64,000 nucleotides of DNA, taken from an uncultured Candidatus Micrarchaeota archaeon. Its GTDB lineage: Archaea > Micrarchaeota > Micrarchaeia > Burarchaeales > Fermentimicrarchaeaceae. The number at the start of each line of letters is the position of its first letter. The first letter of the stretch is position 1. Location: contig CAISET010000027.1 of assembly GCA_903884505.1 (NCBI GenBank), positions 1,211 to 65,210 on the forward strand. The letters are read 5' to 3'. Below, in pieces: positions 8,168 through 17,034 of the stretch. The notes under the pieces are model-generated. The model was not told the origin of the DNA. It searched no databases and saw nothing but the letters and a program-made list of their open reading frames with translations. The position numbers and the translations under genes were made by a program.

Positions 8168-10732
8168 TTATACCTTTATGAAGTGGAAGTAGGCGAGCTT
8201 GCAGAGCTCCGCGACCGCGAAGTAGCCCAGGAGGATTGCGCCAATCATCCCAAGGAACCCCAGGTCGGGCTGCACGAACTGGAAGATGTATGCGAACGGG
8301 CTATAAACCAGCAAGACAACCGCCGCGATGGTAAGCAGCGAAGAGCCGAGAAGCAGGTTGCTCGGCCGGCTCATGAAGAAGGGCTTCCTGCTTCTTATCG
8401 CGAACGTCACGAGTATCTCGGAGAGCACCGACTCTATGAACCAGCCCGTCCTGAACAGCTCCGGGCCAGCCTTCACGACATAGGCGAGGAACATCATGGT
8501 GATGAAGTCGAAGACCGTGCTGACAAGGCCGAAGAATACCATGAATTTCGTTATGCCGGAGATGCTCCACTTCCCCGGCTTCCTAAGGTCCTCGAGGTCG
8601 ACCCGGTCCGTTGAGATTGTAGTCAGGGGAAAGTCGGAAACGAAGTTGTTCAGCAAAATCTGAGAGGGAAGGAGGGGTATGAACGCCATGAAAGGCGAGA
8701 CGAAGGCGAGCGTGAGCATGTTGCCGAAATTGGCGCTCACCGTGTTGCGCATGTATTTCACGGTGTTGGTGAATGTCTTCCTCCCTTCGACAATGCCATC
8801 CGCAATCACATGGAGCCCGTGCCTGAGCAGGATGATGTCCGCGCTCTCCTTCGCTATGTCCGCCCCACTATCCACCGAGATGCCGGCGTCCGCGGAGTGG
8901 AGCGATGGGGCGTCATTCACCCCGTCGCCTATGAATCCCACCACGTGCCCGTTCTCCTTGAGCGCCGAGATTATGTCGAGTTTTTGCCCGGGAGTCATGC
9001 GTGCGAAAACGTTTGCCTGCTCGACAATCTTCCGCAGGCCCGCCCTGTCGAGCCCTGCGAGCTCCGAGCCCGTCACAACCCTTCCGCCCTTCAGCTCCAT
9101 CCCCACGGCCGTGCAGATTGCGGCAGTCACACGCGGCTCGTCGCCGGACAGTATCTTCATCTCCACGCCGAGCAGCTTTAGGGTGTGGAACGCGGCGGCC
9201 GCGGTTTTCCTCGGCGGGTCCGAGAACATGAGGAAGCCGAGGAATGTCAGGCCTGTTTCATCGGCTTTCGAGTACTCCGCTTTCGGCTTCGGCTTCTTAA
9301 CTGCCACCGCGAGCACGCGAAGCCCCTGCTCGGACATCACTTCATATCGTCTCATCAGCCAGGTGACGTGCTTGTCAACTTTCTCCTCCCTGCCCTCGCT
9401 CATGATTTTGGTGCAGCGCGGTATGACCGATTCGGGAGACCCCTTCGTGACGAAGATGAGCTCCCCGCCCCGCTTCCTGGAGACGACGCTCATCACCCTG
9501 CGCTCGTAGTCGAATGCGACCTCATCCACGATGGAATAGGCCGCGACCTTTCTCGCGAGCTCGGCACGTTTCTTCGTGTGCTCCCATATGGCCGCGTCCA
9601 TGGCCATGCCAGCATACTTATGCTTCTTCCCTATCGCAATCGGGCTGGCGAGCATCGCGTGGAACAGGACGCTGTCGTCCTCTTTGCCGTCGGAGTTCTC
9701 GTGCCCCTTGAGCGTGATGGCATTCTCGGTCAGCGTCCCGGTCTTGTCCGTGCAGAGGACATCCACGTTCCCGAGGTCCTCTATGGCGTCAAGCCGCTTC
9801 ACGATGACCTTCTTGCTGGCGAGCATCAGCGCGCCATTTGAGAGCGATATCGTGATTATGGCCGGCAGAAGCTCGGGGGTTATGCCGACCGCGATTGCGA
9901 GGGCGAAGAGTAGCGAGAGCAGGATGTCCTTCCCCAGCAGGGCATTGGCCGCGAAGATGAAGACGGTCATCACGACAACGACGCCCAGCAGCATTTCGCT
10001 GAACAGCTTCACGTTGCGCTCGAAATCCGTCTGCGGCGGCTTCTCCTTGAGATATGCGGCAGTCCTGCCAAGCTCGGTCGCCTTCCCGGTCGCGATGACA
10101 ACGCCCGTGCCCGCTCCGGATGCAACGCTCGTGCCCATGAACGCCACGCACGCCATCTCCTGCGGGGACGGCGACGCTTTCTTCACGGGCTCCAGGTTCT
10201 TCTCCGCAGGGGCCGATTCGCCGGTCAGGAGCGACTGGTTGATGAAGAGCTCATGCACGCTGATGAGGCGCACGTCCGCAGGCACCAGGTTGCCGGTCTC
10301 GAAGAAGATGATGTCGCCCGGAACGAGCTCGCGCGCATCCACTTCGTCCCGCTCGCCGTCGCGCAGCACCGTGGCCTTGAGCACTATATAGCGCGCCAGC
10401 TTCTCGAGCGCCTTCTCGCTCCTGTACTCCTGCACGAAGCTGAGCAGCGAGTTTATCACAACTATGCCGACTATGACCGCGGCCTCGGTGAATTCGCCGA
10501 TGCTTCCCGCGATTACCGATGCCAGGACAAGGATGAGCACGAGCGGGCTGGAGAACTGCCTCACGAGAATGCCGAGGGCCGTCCTTCTTTTCTTTGTCTC
10601 CACTTCGTTCCTGCCGGATTTCTTGAGCCTCGCCTGCGCCTCGTGGCTGCCCAGGCCCTTCGATTCGGATGAGCCGAGCTCGGCAAGCACTTTCTCCGCG
10701 GGCATTGCCTCGTAGGAAGCCACGGTTAGCAC
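8168..10732 (-). CDS. mgtA: Magnesium-translocating P-type ATPase (MgtA/MgtB type)
   Basis: TGES, VGITPELLP, DKTGTLT, GDGVND, SANFGNM, SQILLNNF, FRTGWFIES. Start trimmed (approximate) to avoid overlap with rbcL. Confidence 0.92.
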   Translation of the reverse strand: MLTVASYEAMPAEKVLAELGSSESKGLGSHEAQARLKKSGRNEVETKKRRTALGILVRQFSSPLVLILVLASVIAGSIGEFTEAAVIVGIVVINSLLSFVQEYRSEKALEKLARYIVLKATVLRDGERDEVDARELVPGDIIFFETGNLVPADVRLISVHELFINQSLLTGESAPAEKNLEPVKKASPSPQEMACVAFMGTSVASGAGTGVVIATGKATELGRTAAYLKEKPPQTDFERNVKLFSEMLLGVVVVMTVFIFAANALLGKDILLSLLFALAIAVGITPELLPAIITISLSNGALMLASKKVIVKRLDAIEDLGNVDVLCTDKTGTLTENAITLKGHENSDGKEDDSVLFHAMLASPIAIGKKHKYAGMAMDAAIWEHTKKRAELARKVAAYSIVDEVAFDYERRVMSVVSRKRGGELIFVTKGSPESVIPRCTKIMSEGREEKVDKHVTWLMRRYEVMSEQGLRVLAVAVKKPKPKAEYSKADETGLTFLGFLMFSDPPRKTAAAAFHTLKLLGVEMKILSGDEPRVTAAICTAVGMELKGGRVVTGSELAGLDRAGLRKIVEQANVFARMTPGQKLDIISALKENGHVVGFIGDGVNDAPSLHSADAGISVDSGADIAKESADIILLRHGLHVIADGIVEGRKTFTNTVKYMRNTVSANFGNMLTLAFVSPFMAFIPLLPSQILLNNFVSDFPLTTISTDRVDLEDLRKPGKWSISGITKFMVFFGLVSTVFDFITMMFLAYVVKAGPELFRTGWFIESVLSEILVTFAIRSRKPFFMSRPSNLLLGSSLLTIAAVVLLVYSPFAYIFQFVQPDLGFLGMIGAILLGYFAVAELCKLAYFHFIKV

Positions 10733-10744
10733 TGGGCGCCGTTG

Positions 10745-10756
10745 TTTTAATAAAGT
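10745..10756. promoter_or_regulatory. AT-rich TATA-like element in the ~50 bp divergent mgtA/rbcL spacer
   Basis: TTTTAATAAAGT lies between two divergent starts. Confidence 0.5.
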
Positions 10757-10782
10757 TTGGGCAAAATCGCTTTGGTGATTGA

Positions 10783-12045
10783 ATGAGCCGCGATGTTTAC
10801 AAGGGCTACCTGGCCCTCGGAAAAGCGCCTGACCCGGACAGCCACGTCCTCGCATCCTTCTACTTCGAGGCAGAGGACGCGGACAATGCCGCGCAGGCGA
10901 TTGCGGCGGAATCCTCCGTGGGGACCTGGACTGAACTGAAGACGATGAAACCGCAAATCCGCAATTCCCTTGCCGCAAAAGTCTATTCACTCGATAAGAA
11001 GAAAGGGCTTGTGAAGATTGCTTACCCCATCGACCTCTTCGAGCCATCGAACATCCCGCAGCTCCTCTCCGACATCGCGGGAAATATTTTCGGGATGAGG
11101 GAATTGGAGAACCTGAGATTGCTCGACTTTGAACTGCCCAAGGCGTATGTCAAGTCCTTCAAGGGCCCTGCCTTCGGGCTTGAGGGCGTCAGGAAGATGA
11201 TTGGCACGCAGAAGAGCAGGCGGCCGCACTGGGGAACGATAGTCAAGCCGAAAGTCGGGCTGAGCCCTTCCGAGAACGCGAAGGTCGCATACGAGGCATG
11301 GGTTGGCGGCGTGGATTTCGTAAAGGATGACGAGAATCTTTCCAACCAGAAATTCTGCCCATTCGAAAAACGGGTCGCGCTTACTCTTGAGGCAAAGGAT
11401 AAGGTGGAATCTGAAACCGGAGAAAAAAAGATTTACGCGCCAAATATCACTGCAGAAACTAATGAGATGCTCAGGCGTGCGGAATTCGTAAAGGCGCACG
11501 GCGGCAACTGCATAATGGTAGATATTATCACGGCAGGCTTTGCCTCCCTGCAGACAATCCGCAACGCAAACTTCGGCATGCCCATCCATGCGCACAGGGC
11601 GATGTACGCCGCATTTGCTAGAAACCCGAAGCACGGCATCGCTTTTGCGCCCCTTGCGAAGCTTGCGAGGCTCGCAGGCGTGGACCAGCTACACACCGGC
11701 GCGATTGTCGGGAAGATGGAGGGCGCGAAAAAGGATGTTCTGGAGATTAACGATTGGCTGAGGGGGGAATGGTTCGGCCTGAAGCCCGTATTCCCGGTCG
11801 CATCGGGGGGAATAGACCCGCTGCGGATTCCGAGGCTGCTTGAAATTGCCGGAACCGAGCTCGTAATCAACGCGGGCGGAGGAATCCACGGCCACCCGCA
11901 GGGCACGAGGGCTGGCGCGAAGGCGCTGAGGCAATCGTATGATGCATGGAAGAAAGGGGCAAGCCTGGAGGAATACGCGAAAACCCATAAGGAGCTTGCC
12001 GCTGCGTTGGGGAAATGGGGCGAACGAAAGCTGGAGAGTATTTAA
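10783..12045 (+). CDS. rbcL: Ribulose-1,5-bisphosphate carboxylase, form III
   Basis: AESSVGTW, AGNIFG, KPKVGL, GVDFVKDDENL, HAHRA, GKMEG, SGG, GGGIHGHP. The catalytic set is intact and there is no small subunit nearby. Confidence 0.95.
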   Translation: MSRDVYKGYLALGKAPDPDSHVLASFYFEAEDADNAAQAIAAESSVGTWTELKTMKPQIRNSLAAKVYSLDKKKGLVKIAYPIDLFEPSNIPQLLSDIAGNIFGMRELENLRLLDFELPKAYVKSFKGPAFGLEGVRKMIGTQKSRRPHWGTIVKPKVGLSPSENAKVAYEAWVGGVDFVKDDENLSNQKFCPFEKRVALTLEAKDKVESETGEKKIYAPNITAETNEMLRRAEFVKAHGGNCIMVDIITAGFASLQTIRNANFGMPIHAHRAMYAAFARNPKHGIAFAPLAKLARLAGVDQLHTGAIVGKMEGAKKDVLEINDWLRGEWFGLKPVFPVASGGIDPLRIPRLLEIAGTELVINAGGGIHGHPQGTRAGAKALRQSYDAWKKGASLEEYAKTHKELAAALGKWGERKLESI

Positions 12046-12080
12046 CCTTTCCGCACCATAACGGTAGGAAGGTGAATCTT

Positions 12081-13193
12081 ATGGATGAGCATCACGAAGA
12101 GCATACTCCTAGCGCCGGGCATAATGAGCACCACGCGGAAGCGCACACCCACGAGGAGCACGAGGCGCATGCATCTCACCACGGTGAGCACACCCATGAA
12201 GAGCATGAGGCGCACGCACTTCACCATGGCGAGCACGAGGCGCACGCATCTCATCCGGAGGGACACCCCCACGGTGCGCCCTCGCACGGCGCGCGAAAGT
12301 CGAACGAGCAGTACTTCTGGTTTGCAATCGCGGCCGCGGTGATAATAATCGCCGTGTCGGCCTTCTTCGCAACAGGAGTGATAAACAAGGCGCTCGCGGA
12401 CCTGGGAAATGCAACGGCAACCGGCTCGCCAACGCCCACCACTATCCCAACAAGCACGCCGGCTCCCCCGACTCCTACCCCGACGCCGCTCGTGAATGTA
12501 ACGATTACCGAGATTCGTGATGCGAACTGCACTAACTGCTTCAACGTCAGCATAGTCACCGCATCCCTGCTGCGCTCGGGCGCGCAACTCGGGATGAATG
12601 TTACCTGGATAAGGAGGGTCGACATTAACTCGACCGAGGGCAGTGCAATGCTCACTGCTTACAACATAACGAAGGTGCCCACAATCCTCATCTCAAAGGA
12701 GGCGCAGGAAACGGCGCTGATGGAAGTATGGAACGAGTCGGGGACCATTGAAAGCGATGGCACGCTCGTGCTGCGCGAGGTCTATCCTCCGTACATAGAC
12801 CTGCAGACCGGGCAGCTCAAGGGGCTGGTGAACGTCACTTTCATCACGGCCCCGAACTGCACGCAATGCTACGACCCCGCAATCCACAAGGCCATAATCC
12901 TCCAGAGGTTCAGCATCGTTGTGGCCAACGAGCAGAACGTCACATACACGTCTCCGGAGGGCATTGCGCTCATGGGGAAGTATAACATAACTGCCGTCCC
13001 GACAGTCCTTATCTCGCCTGAAATGGGCCTTTACCCGGGAATGGAGTCGCTGTGGGTAGATGGCCTGGTCGGCTCGAAGGAGAGCGACGGCTGGTATGTG
13101 TTCAGGAACATGGCGGCCATGGGCAACGTGACCTTCTTCAACGTAACATCGAACAGCACGGTCACGCTGACGATGAACAATACCGGCGGCTAG
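12081..13193 (+). CDS. Membrane-anchored protein: His/Glu-rich N-terminus, one TM helix, PT linker, two CxxC thioredoxin-like domains
   Basis: GGTGA RBS before the ATG at 12081; CTNC and CTQC each followed by YNITxVPT; many N-x-S/T sequons. Confidence 0.85.
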   Translation: MDEHHEEHTPSAGHNEHHAEAHTHEEHEAHASHHGEHTHEEHEAHALHHGEHEAHASHPEGHPHGAPSHGARKSNEQYFWFAIAAAVIIIAVSAFFATGVINKALADLGNATATGSPTPTTIPTSTPAPPTPTPTPLVNVTITEIRDANCTNCFNVSIVTASLLRSGAQLGMNVTWIRRVDINSTEGSAMLTAYNITKVPTILISKEAQETALMEVWNESGTIESDGTLVLREVYPPYIDLQTGQLKGLVNVTFITAPNCTQCYDPAIHKAIILQRFSIVVANEQNVTYTSPEGIALMGKYNITAVPTVLISPEMGLYPGMESLWVDGLVGSKESDGWYVFRNMAAMGNVTFFNVTSNSTVTLTMNNTGG

Positions 13194-13264
13194 GGCAAGG
13201 AGTTTATTGGCGCCGGCGAAGCGGGCGGAACGCGCTTCGGACAGGTGCCTAGGGAAAGGATTCG

Positions 13265-13867
13265 ATGGACGACCGCGTGAAGAACTTAGCCATAGGCGCT
13301 GTGCTCGTTGGTATCGCATTCGCCATCTATTATTTTTTTATCGCCGTTCCCCCAGGCCCGCCCGTGCAGATAAATCTCGATGGCAGGCACTGGAAAGGCG
13401 GGGAGAACGCATCGGTCATAATCGTGGAATTCTCGGACTTCCAGTGCCCTTATTGCAGCAGGGCAGCGGGAATCGCGGATGAGGTTGCTGCCGAATTCGA
13501 TGGCGATGTGAGGCTGTACTACCTGCACTTCCCATTCCATCAGAACTCGGAGAAGGCCGCCGAGGCTGCGGAATGCGCGGGCGACCAGGGGAAGTTCTGG
13601 GAGATGCATGACATAATGTTCAGCAACCAGGGGGCGCTTGACCAGGAGCACCTAAAGAGCTATGCGAGCGGGCTGGGCCTGAACATGACGCAGTTCAACT
13701 CCTGCCTTGGGAGCGGGGAGAAGGGGGCAGTCATTGATGCTGATTTTGACAAGGGACGGGCGGCGGGCGTCACAGGAACTCCGACATTCTTCGTGAACGG
13801 TAGGAAGCTGAGGAGCTATGATGCGGACAGCCTCAGGACCGCGATAAGAAGCGAGCTTGGGCGGTGA
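13265..13867 (+). CDS. DsbA/BdbD-like thioredoxin-fold protein
   Basis: N-terminal TM, EFSDFQCPYC, GVTGTPTFFVNG. Confidence 0.92.
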   Translation: MDDRVKNLAIGAVLVGIAFAIYYFFIAVPPGPPVQINLDGRHWKGGENASVIIVEFSDFQCPYCSRAAGIADEVAAEFDGDVRLYYLHFPFHQNSEKAAEAAECAGDQGKFWEMHDIMFSNQGALDQEHLKSYASGLGLNMTQFNSCLGSGEKGAVIDADFDKGRAAGVTGTPTFFVNGRKLRSYDADSLRTAIRSELGR

Positions 13868-13986
13868 GCCGAGAGGAATGCTGGGAACCTCAGGGCAGCG
13901 ATAAATGGCGGAACTGGGGCGATGATTTCGTGACAAACATATTTAAACGGCGGAAGCGCCAACAATTGCGATAGGGATGGTGAACA

Positions 13987-14190
13987 ACGGGTGTTTACGA
14001 ACCGGGTGTTTCCAAACGTTCCGTCAGTCCAGGCCATGAATCTCTTTCTCAAAGCGGAAGGCCGCGAAAGCTGAATTCAAATGACGTAGCCGAGCTGCGC
14101 GCACTTCGCGCCGAAGGAATTCCGATAAGGCAGCTGGCCGACGGGTTCAACGTTTCAAGGATGTGCGTTTGGAGGTGTTTGAATGACTGA
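13987..14190 (+). CDS. Small Hin/resolvase-type helix-turn-helix protein (non-canonical start or pseudogene)
   Basis: Manual translation gives ...SGRPRKLNSNDVAELRALRAEGIPIRQLADGFNVSRMCVWRCLND*. Only an ACG follows the GGTGA RBS. Confidence 0.6.
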   Translation, partial: TGVYEPGVSKRSVSPGHESLSQSGRPRKLNSNDVAELRALRAEGIPIRQLADGFNVSRMCVWRCLND

Positions 14191-14701
14191 GGTAGTTTTC
14201 GGCCTGATGCCATTGGGCGCGCCAATAAGCCGCGACATGGAGCGGCTTGAGAGAAGGCTCTGGGATGCAGGAGTGTGGCACAGGTTCATCGAAAAGCCGG
14301 AGACAGTGCATACTGCGGATGCAGCGAAAGCCAGCGGCCTTCCCATCGAGGCCTTTACGAAAAACCTCGTCTGGAACAGCGAGCGCGGGCCGGTCCTGCT
14401 AATCGTGCGCGGGGACATGAGCGTTGATTTGGAGGCGGCAGCAAAGGCGGCTGGCGTGAAGAAGCTGCTGAAGGTCCCGTTCAGCGATGCGGTCAGGATA
14501 AGCGGATACCTTCCCGGGGCGACGCCGTCCGTGTTCCATGCGAGCCCGATGATAGTTGTTGTTGATGAAGAAGTGGCGAAGCTGGAAACGCTGATATGTG
14601 GAGGCGGCGACAGGGAGCACCTGCTGGAGCTCCGCAGCGCGGATGTGATTAGACTTAATAATGCGGCGGTAGAGAAGATAGCGAAGAGGGATTTGAAATG
14701 A
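14183..14701 (+). CDS. YbaK/ProX aminoacyl-tRNA deacylase family protein
   Basis: HTADAA...KNLV...GYLPGATPSV...GGG pattern; directly upstream of thrS. Confidence 0.85.
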   Translation: MTEVVFGLMPLGAPISRDMERLERRLWDAGVWHRFIEKPETVHTADAAKASGLPIEAFTKNLVWNSERGPVLLIVRGDMSVDLEAAAKAAGVKKLLKVPFSDAVRISGYLPGATPSVFHASPMIVVVDEEVAKLETLICGGGDREHLLELRSADVIRLNNAAVEKIAKRDLK

Positions 14702-16590
14702 GGATTTTGACGCTGCATTCGGATTTCATAGAGTTCGAGCCGCTCACCAAGGCCATCGGGAGTGCCGAGGAGTGCGATAAGGCCAAGAAAAGGATTGCGG
14801 AATGCCTTGTCGCGTTCGCGACCGTGGAGAAGGCCGATGAGGCGGATGAATTGCAGGTGGCGCAGAATGCAGCGAAGGAGATAATGGACGTCGCGGCGCA
14901 GGTCAAGTCCAACAGCATAGTCCTCTACCCGTTCGTGCACCTCAGCTCCACGCCGTCTTCCCCGTCTTCCGCGCTCAATGTGCTCAAGCTCACTGAATCC
15001 GAGCTGAAGGCGAAGGGCTTCGTGGTCGACAGGGCGCCTTTCGGCTGGTACAAGTCGTTCGACATAAAGGTCAAGGGCCACCCGCTGAGCGAATTGTCAA
15101 GGGAGATAAAGCCGGTAGAATCGAAGAAGGAGAGCGGGGAGAAGATGACCGTCTCCGGGGGGCCCGTTTCCGATTCGCTCAAGAAGGAGGCGGAGATGAA
15201 GTCAAAGTTCTACATCCTCACACCGAAGGGAGAGCTGGTTGAGGCCGAGAAATACAAGTATTCGCCGGATGGGAAGAACCTGAAGAAATTCGCCGATTAT
15301 GAGATTCACAAGAAGCGCGCATACGAGATGGAGCCGCCGCACATAAAGCTGATGAAGGAGCAGAAGATTGCGGACTACGAGCCTGGCAGCGATTCCGGCA
15401 ACTTCCGCTGGTATCCGAAGGGAAGGCTGATGAAGAAGCTGCTTGAGAGGCAGATAACCGAGTACTGCACGGACTACGGCTCCGTGGAAGTCGAGACGCC
15501 GATCATGTATGATTTCGAGCACCCGGCGCTCAAGAAATACCTCAGCAGGTTCCCGGCAAGGCAATACGTTGTGAAGAGCGACGAGAAGGAGTTCTTCCTC
15601 CGCTTCTCGGCCTGCTTCGGCCAGTTCCTCATGGCGCATGACATGGTCATCTCCTACAAGGATTTGCCCTTCAGGATGTTCGAACTGACCCGGTATTCCT
15701 TCAGGAGGGAGCAGAGCGGCGAGCTTGCGGGCCTGAAGAGGGTGCGCGCGCTCACGATGCCGGATATGCACGCCTTCTGCGCGGACCTGCCCCAGGCGAA
15801 GACGGAGTTCGAGGCGCAGTACCAGAAGGCACTCGAGTGGATTTCCATGCTCGGGCTGGAGTATGAAGTCGGCTTCAGGATTCAGAAGGAGTTCTTCGAC
15901 CAGAACAGGGACTGGTACATGGGCATGGTGAAGAAGTTCGGCAGGCCCATACTGGTTGAGATGTTCGACGTCAGGTACGCCTATTTCATCACCAAATTCG
16001 AATTCAACTTCGTTGACGCCCTGGACAAGGCGAGCGCGCTCTCGACCGTGCAGATAGATGTCGAGAACGCGGATACCTATGATATATGGTACACGGCCGC
16101 GGACGGCTCGAAGAAGAGGCCAATCATCACCCACGCATCAATCTCGGGCTCAATCGAGCGCATCGTCTATGCGCTGCTTGAGCAGCAGGCGATGAGAATC
16201 AGGGAGGGAAAGCCGCCAATCTTCCCGCTGTGGCTTTCGCCGACCCAGGTGCGCGTCGTTCCCGTTGCTGACAGGCACAACAAGTTCGCGGAGGAGGTTG
16301 CGGAGCAGCTCGAGCTGAACGCGATTCGCGCGGACGTTGATGACCGCACGGAAACATTGCAGAAGAAAATCCGCGCAGCGGAGCAGGAATGGGTCCCGTT
16401 CATAGTTGTGGTGGGCGACAAGGAAGCCGAGTCGAAGAAGCTGAGCGTGCGCGTCCGCGGCACCAAGGAATCGCCGCAGATGGCAATCGAGGAGCTGACC
16501 GTCCTCATAAGGAAGAAGACGGACAACTTCCCGCACGAGAAGCTCACGCTTCCGAGGCTGCTCAGCAAGAGGCCCATCTTCCGCGGGTGA
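14698..16590 (+). CDS. thrS: Threonine--tRNA ligase, archaeal type with N-terminal editing domain
   Basis: MRILTLHSD, YPFVHLS, APFGWYKSF..KGHPLSELSR, FRREQSGEL, TMPDMH, SGSIER. Confidence 0.96.
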   Translation: MRILTLHSDFIEFEPLTKAIGSAEECDKAKKRIAECLVAFATVEKADEADELQVAQNAAKEIMDVAAQVKSNSIVLYPFVHLSSTPSSPSSALNVLKLTESELKAKGFVVDRAPFGWYKSFDIKVKGHPLSELSREIKPVESKKESGEKMTVSGGPVSDSLKKEAEMKSKFYILTPKGELVEAEKYKYSPDGKNLKKFADYEIHKKRAYEMEPPHIKLMKEQKIADYEPGSDSGNFRWYPKGRLMKKLLERQITEYCTDYGSVEVETPIMYDFEHPALKKYLSRFPARQYVVKSDEKEFFLRFSACFGQFLMAHDMVISYKDLPFRMFELTRYSFRREQSGELAGLKRVRALTMPDMHAFCADLPQAKTEFEAQYQKALEWISMLGLEYEVGFRIQKEFFDQNRDWYMGMVKKFGRPILVEMFDVRYAYFITKFEFNFVDALDKASALSTVQIDVENADTYDIWYTAADGSKKRPIITHASISGSIERIVYALLEQQAMRIREGKPPIFPLWLSPTQVRVVPVADRHNKFAEEVAEQLELNAIRADVDDRTETLQKKIRAAEQEWVPFIVVVGDKEAESKKLSVRVRGTKESPQMAIEELTVLIRKKTDNFPHEKLTLPRLLSKRPIFRG

Positions 16591-16594
16591 GGGC

Positions 16595-16963
16595 CTGCCA
16601 TCCATTGCCATAATCGGAGCATCTCCGGACAGGGCGAAGTTCGGCAACAAGGCCGTGAGGGCCTACATTGCGAAAGGGTGGAAGGTCTACCCGGTGAATC
16701 CGAAATACGGGGAGATTGAGGGCCTGGAATGCTTTCCCACGCTTCTCGATTTGCCCGAAACCCCAGACTTCGCATCGCTTTATGTTGCGCCAGCGGTCGG
16801 GATTATCGTGCTCAACGAAATCGCTACGAAGGGAATAAAGAAGGTTTATGTAAATCCCGGGGCCGAAAGCGACGCGCTTATCGCCAAGGCGAAGAGGCTC
16901 GGGCTGCAGCCGCTGATGGTGTGCAGCATACGGACGATTGGGGAGGACCCGGACAAGCTGTGA
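16595..16963 (+). CDS. CoA-binding domain protein (YccU-like)
   Basis: IAIIGASPDRAKFG...VYPVNP...VYVNPGAES...VCS. The conserved N-terminus requires a start upstream of 16655 (CTG at 16595). Confidence 0.85.
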   Translation: MPSIAIIGASPDRAKFGNKAVRAYIAKGWKVYPVNPKYGEIEGLECFPTLLDLPETPDFASLYVAPAVGIIVLNEIATKGIKKVYVNPGAESDALIAKAKRLGLQPLMVCSIRTIGEDPDKL

Positions 16964-17034
16964 TATGATGTACGACGCAATATTCCTTGACTGTGACAGC
17001 GTGATTGCGCACGGCGACCACAGGAGGCTTTGAC

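Noticed and set aside
8133-8170. TTTTTCCGTA...GAGGGTTA resembling the element ends
   Set aside because: Only about 8 and 6 nt match, there is no stem or GA-rich core, and the TTA is the mgtA stop. It could be a relic but cannot be supported.
10733-11047. N-terminal extension of the P-type ATPase ORF overlapping rbcL
   Set aside because: Antisense read-through with no ATPase similarity; the real start is near 10705-10732.
10783-12045. Rubisco as evidence of Calvin-cycle autotrophy
   Set aside because: Form III enzyme with no phosphoribulokinase in the window; nucleoside salvage is the established role, and its partner genes are not visible here.
13208-13249. Imperfect hairpin (GGCGCC...CGAAGCG/CGCTTCG...GGTGCC) between the thioredoxin genes
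   Set aside because: Single copy lacking the element termini; indistinguishable from a chance GC-rich stem.
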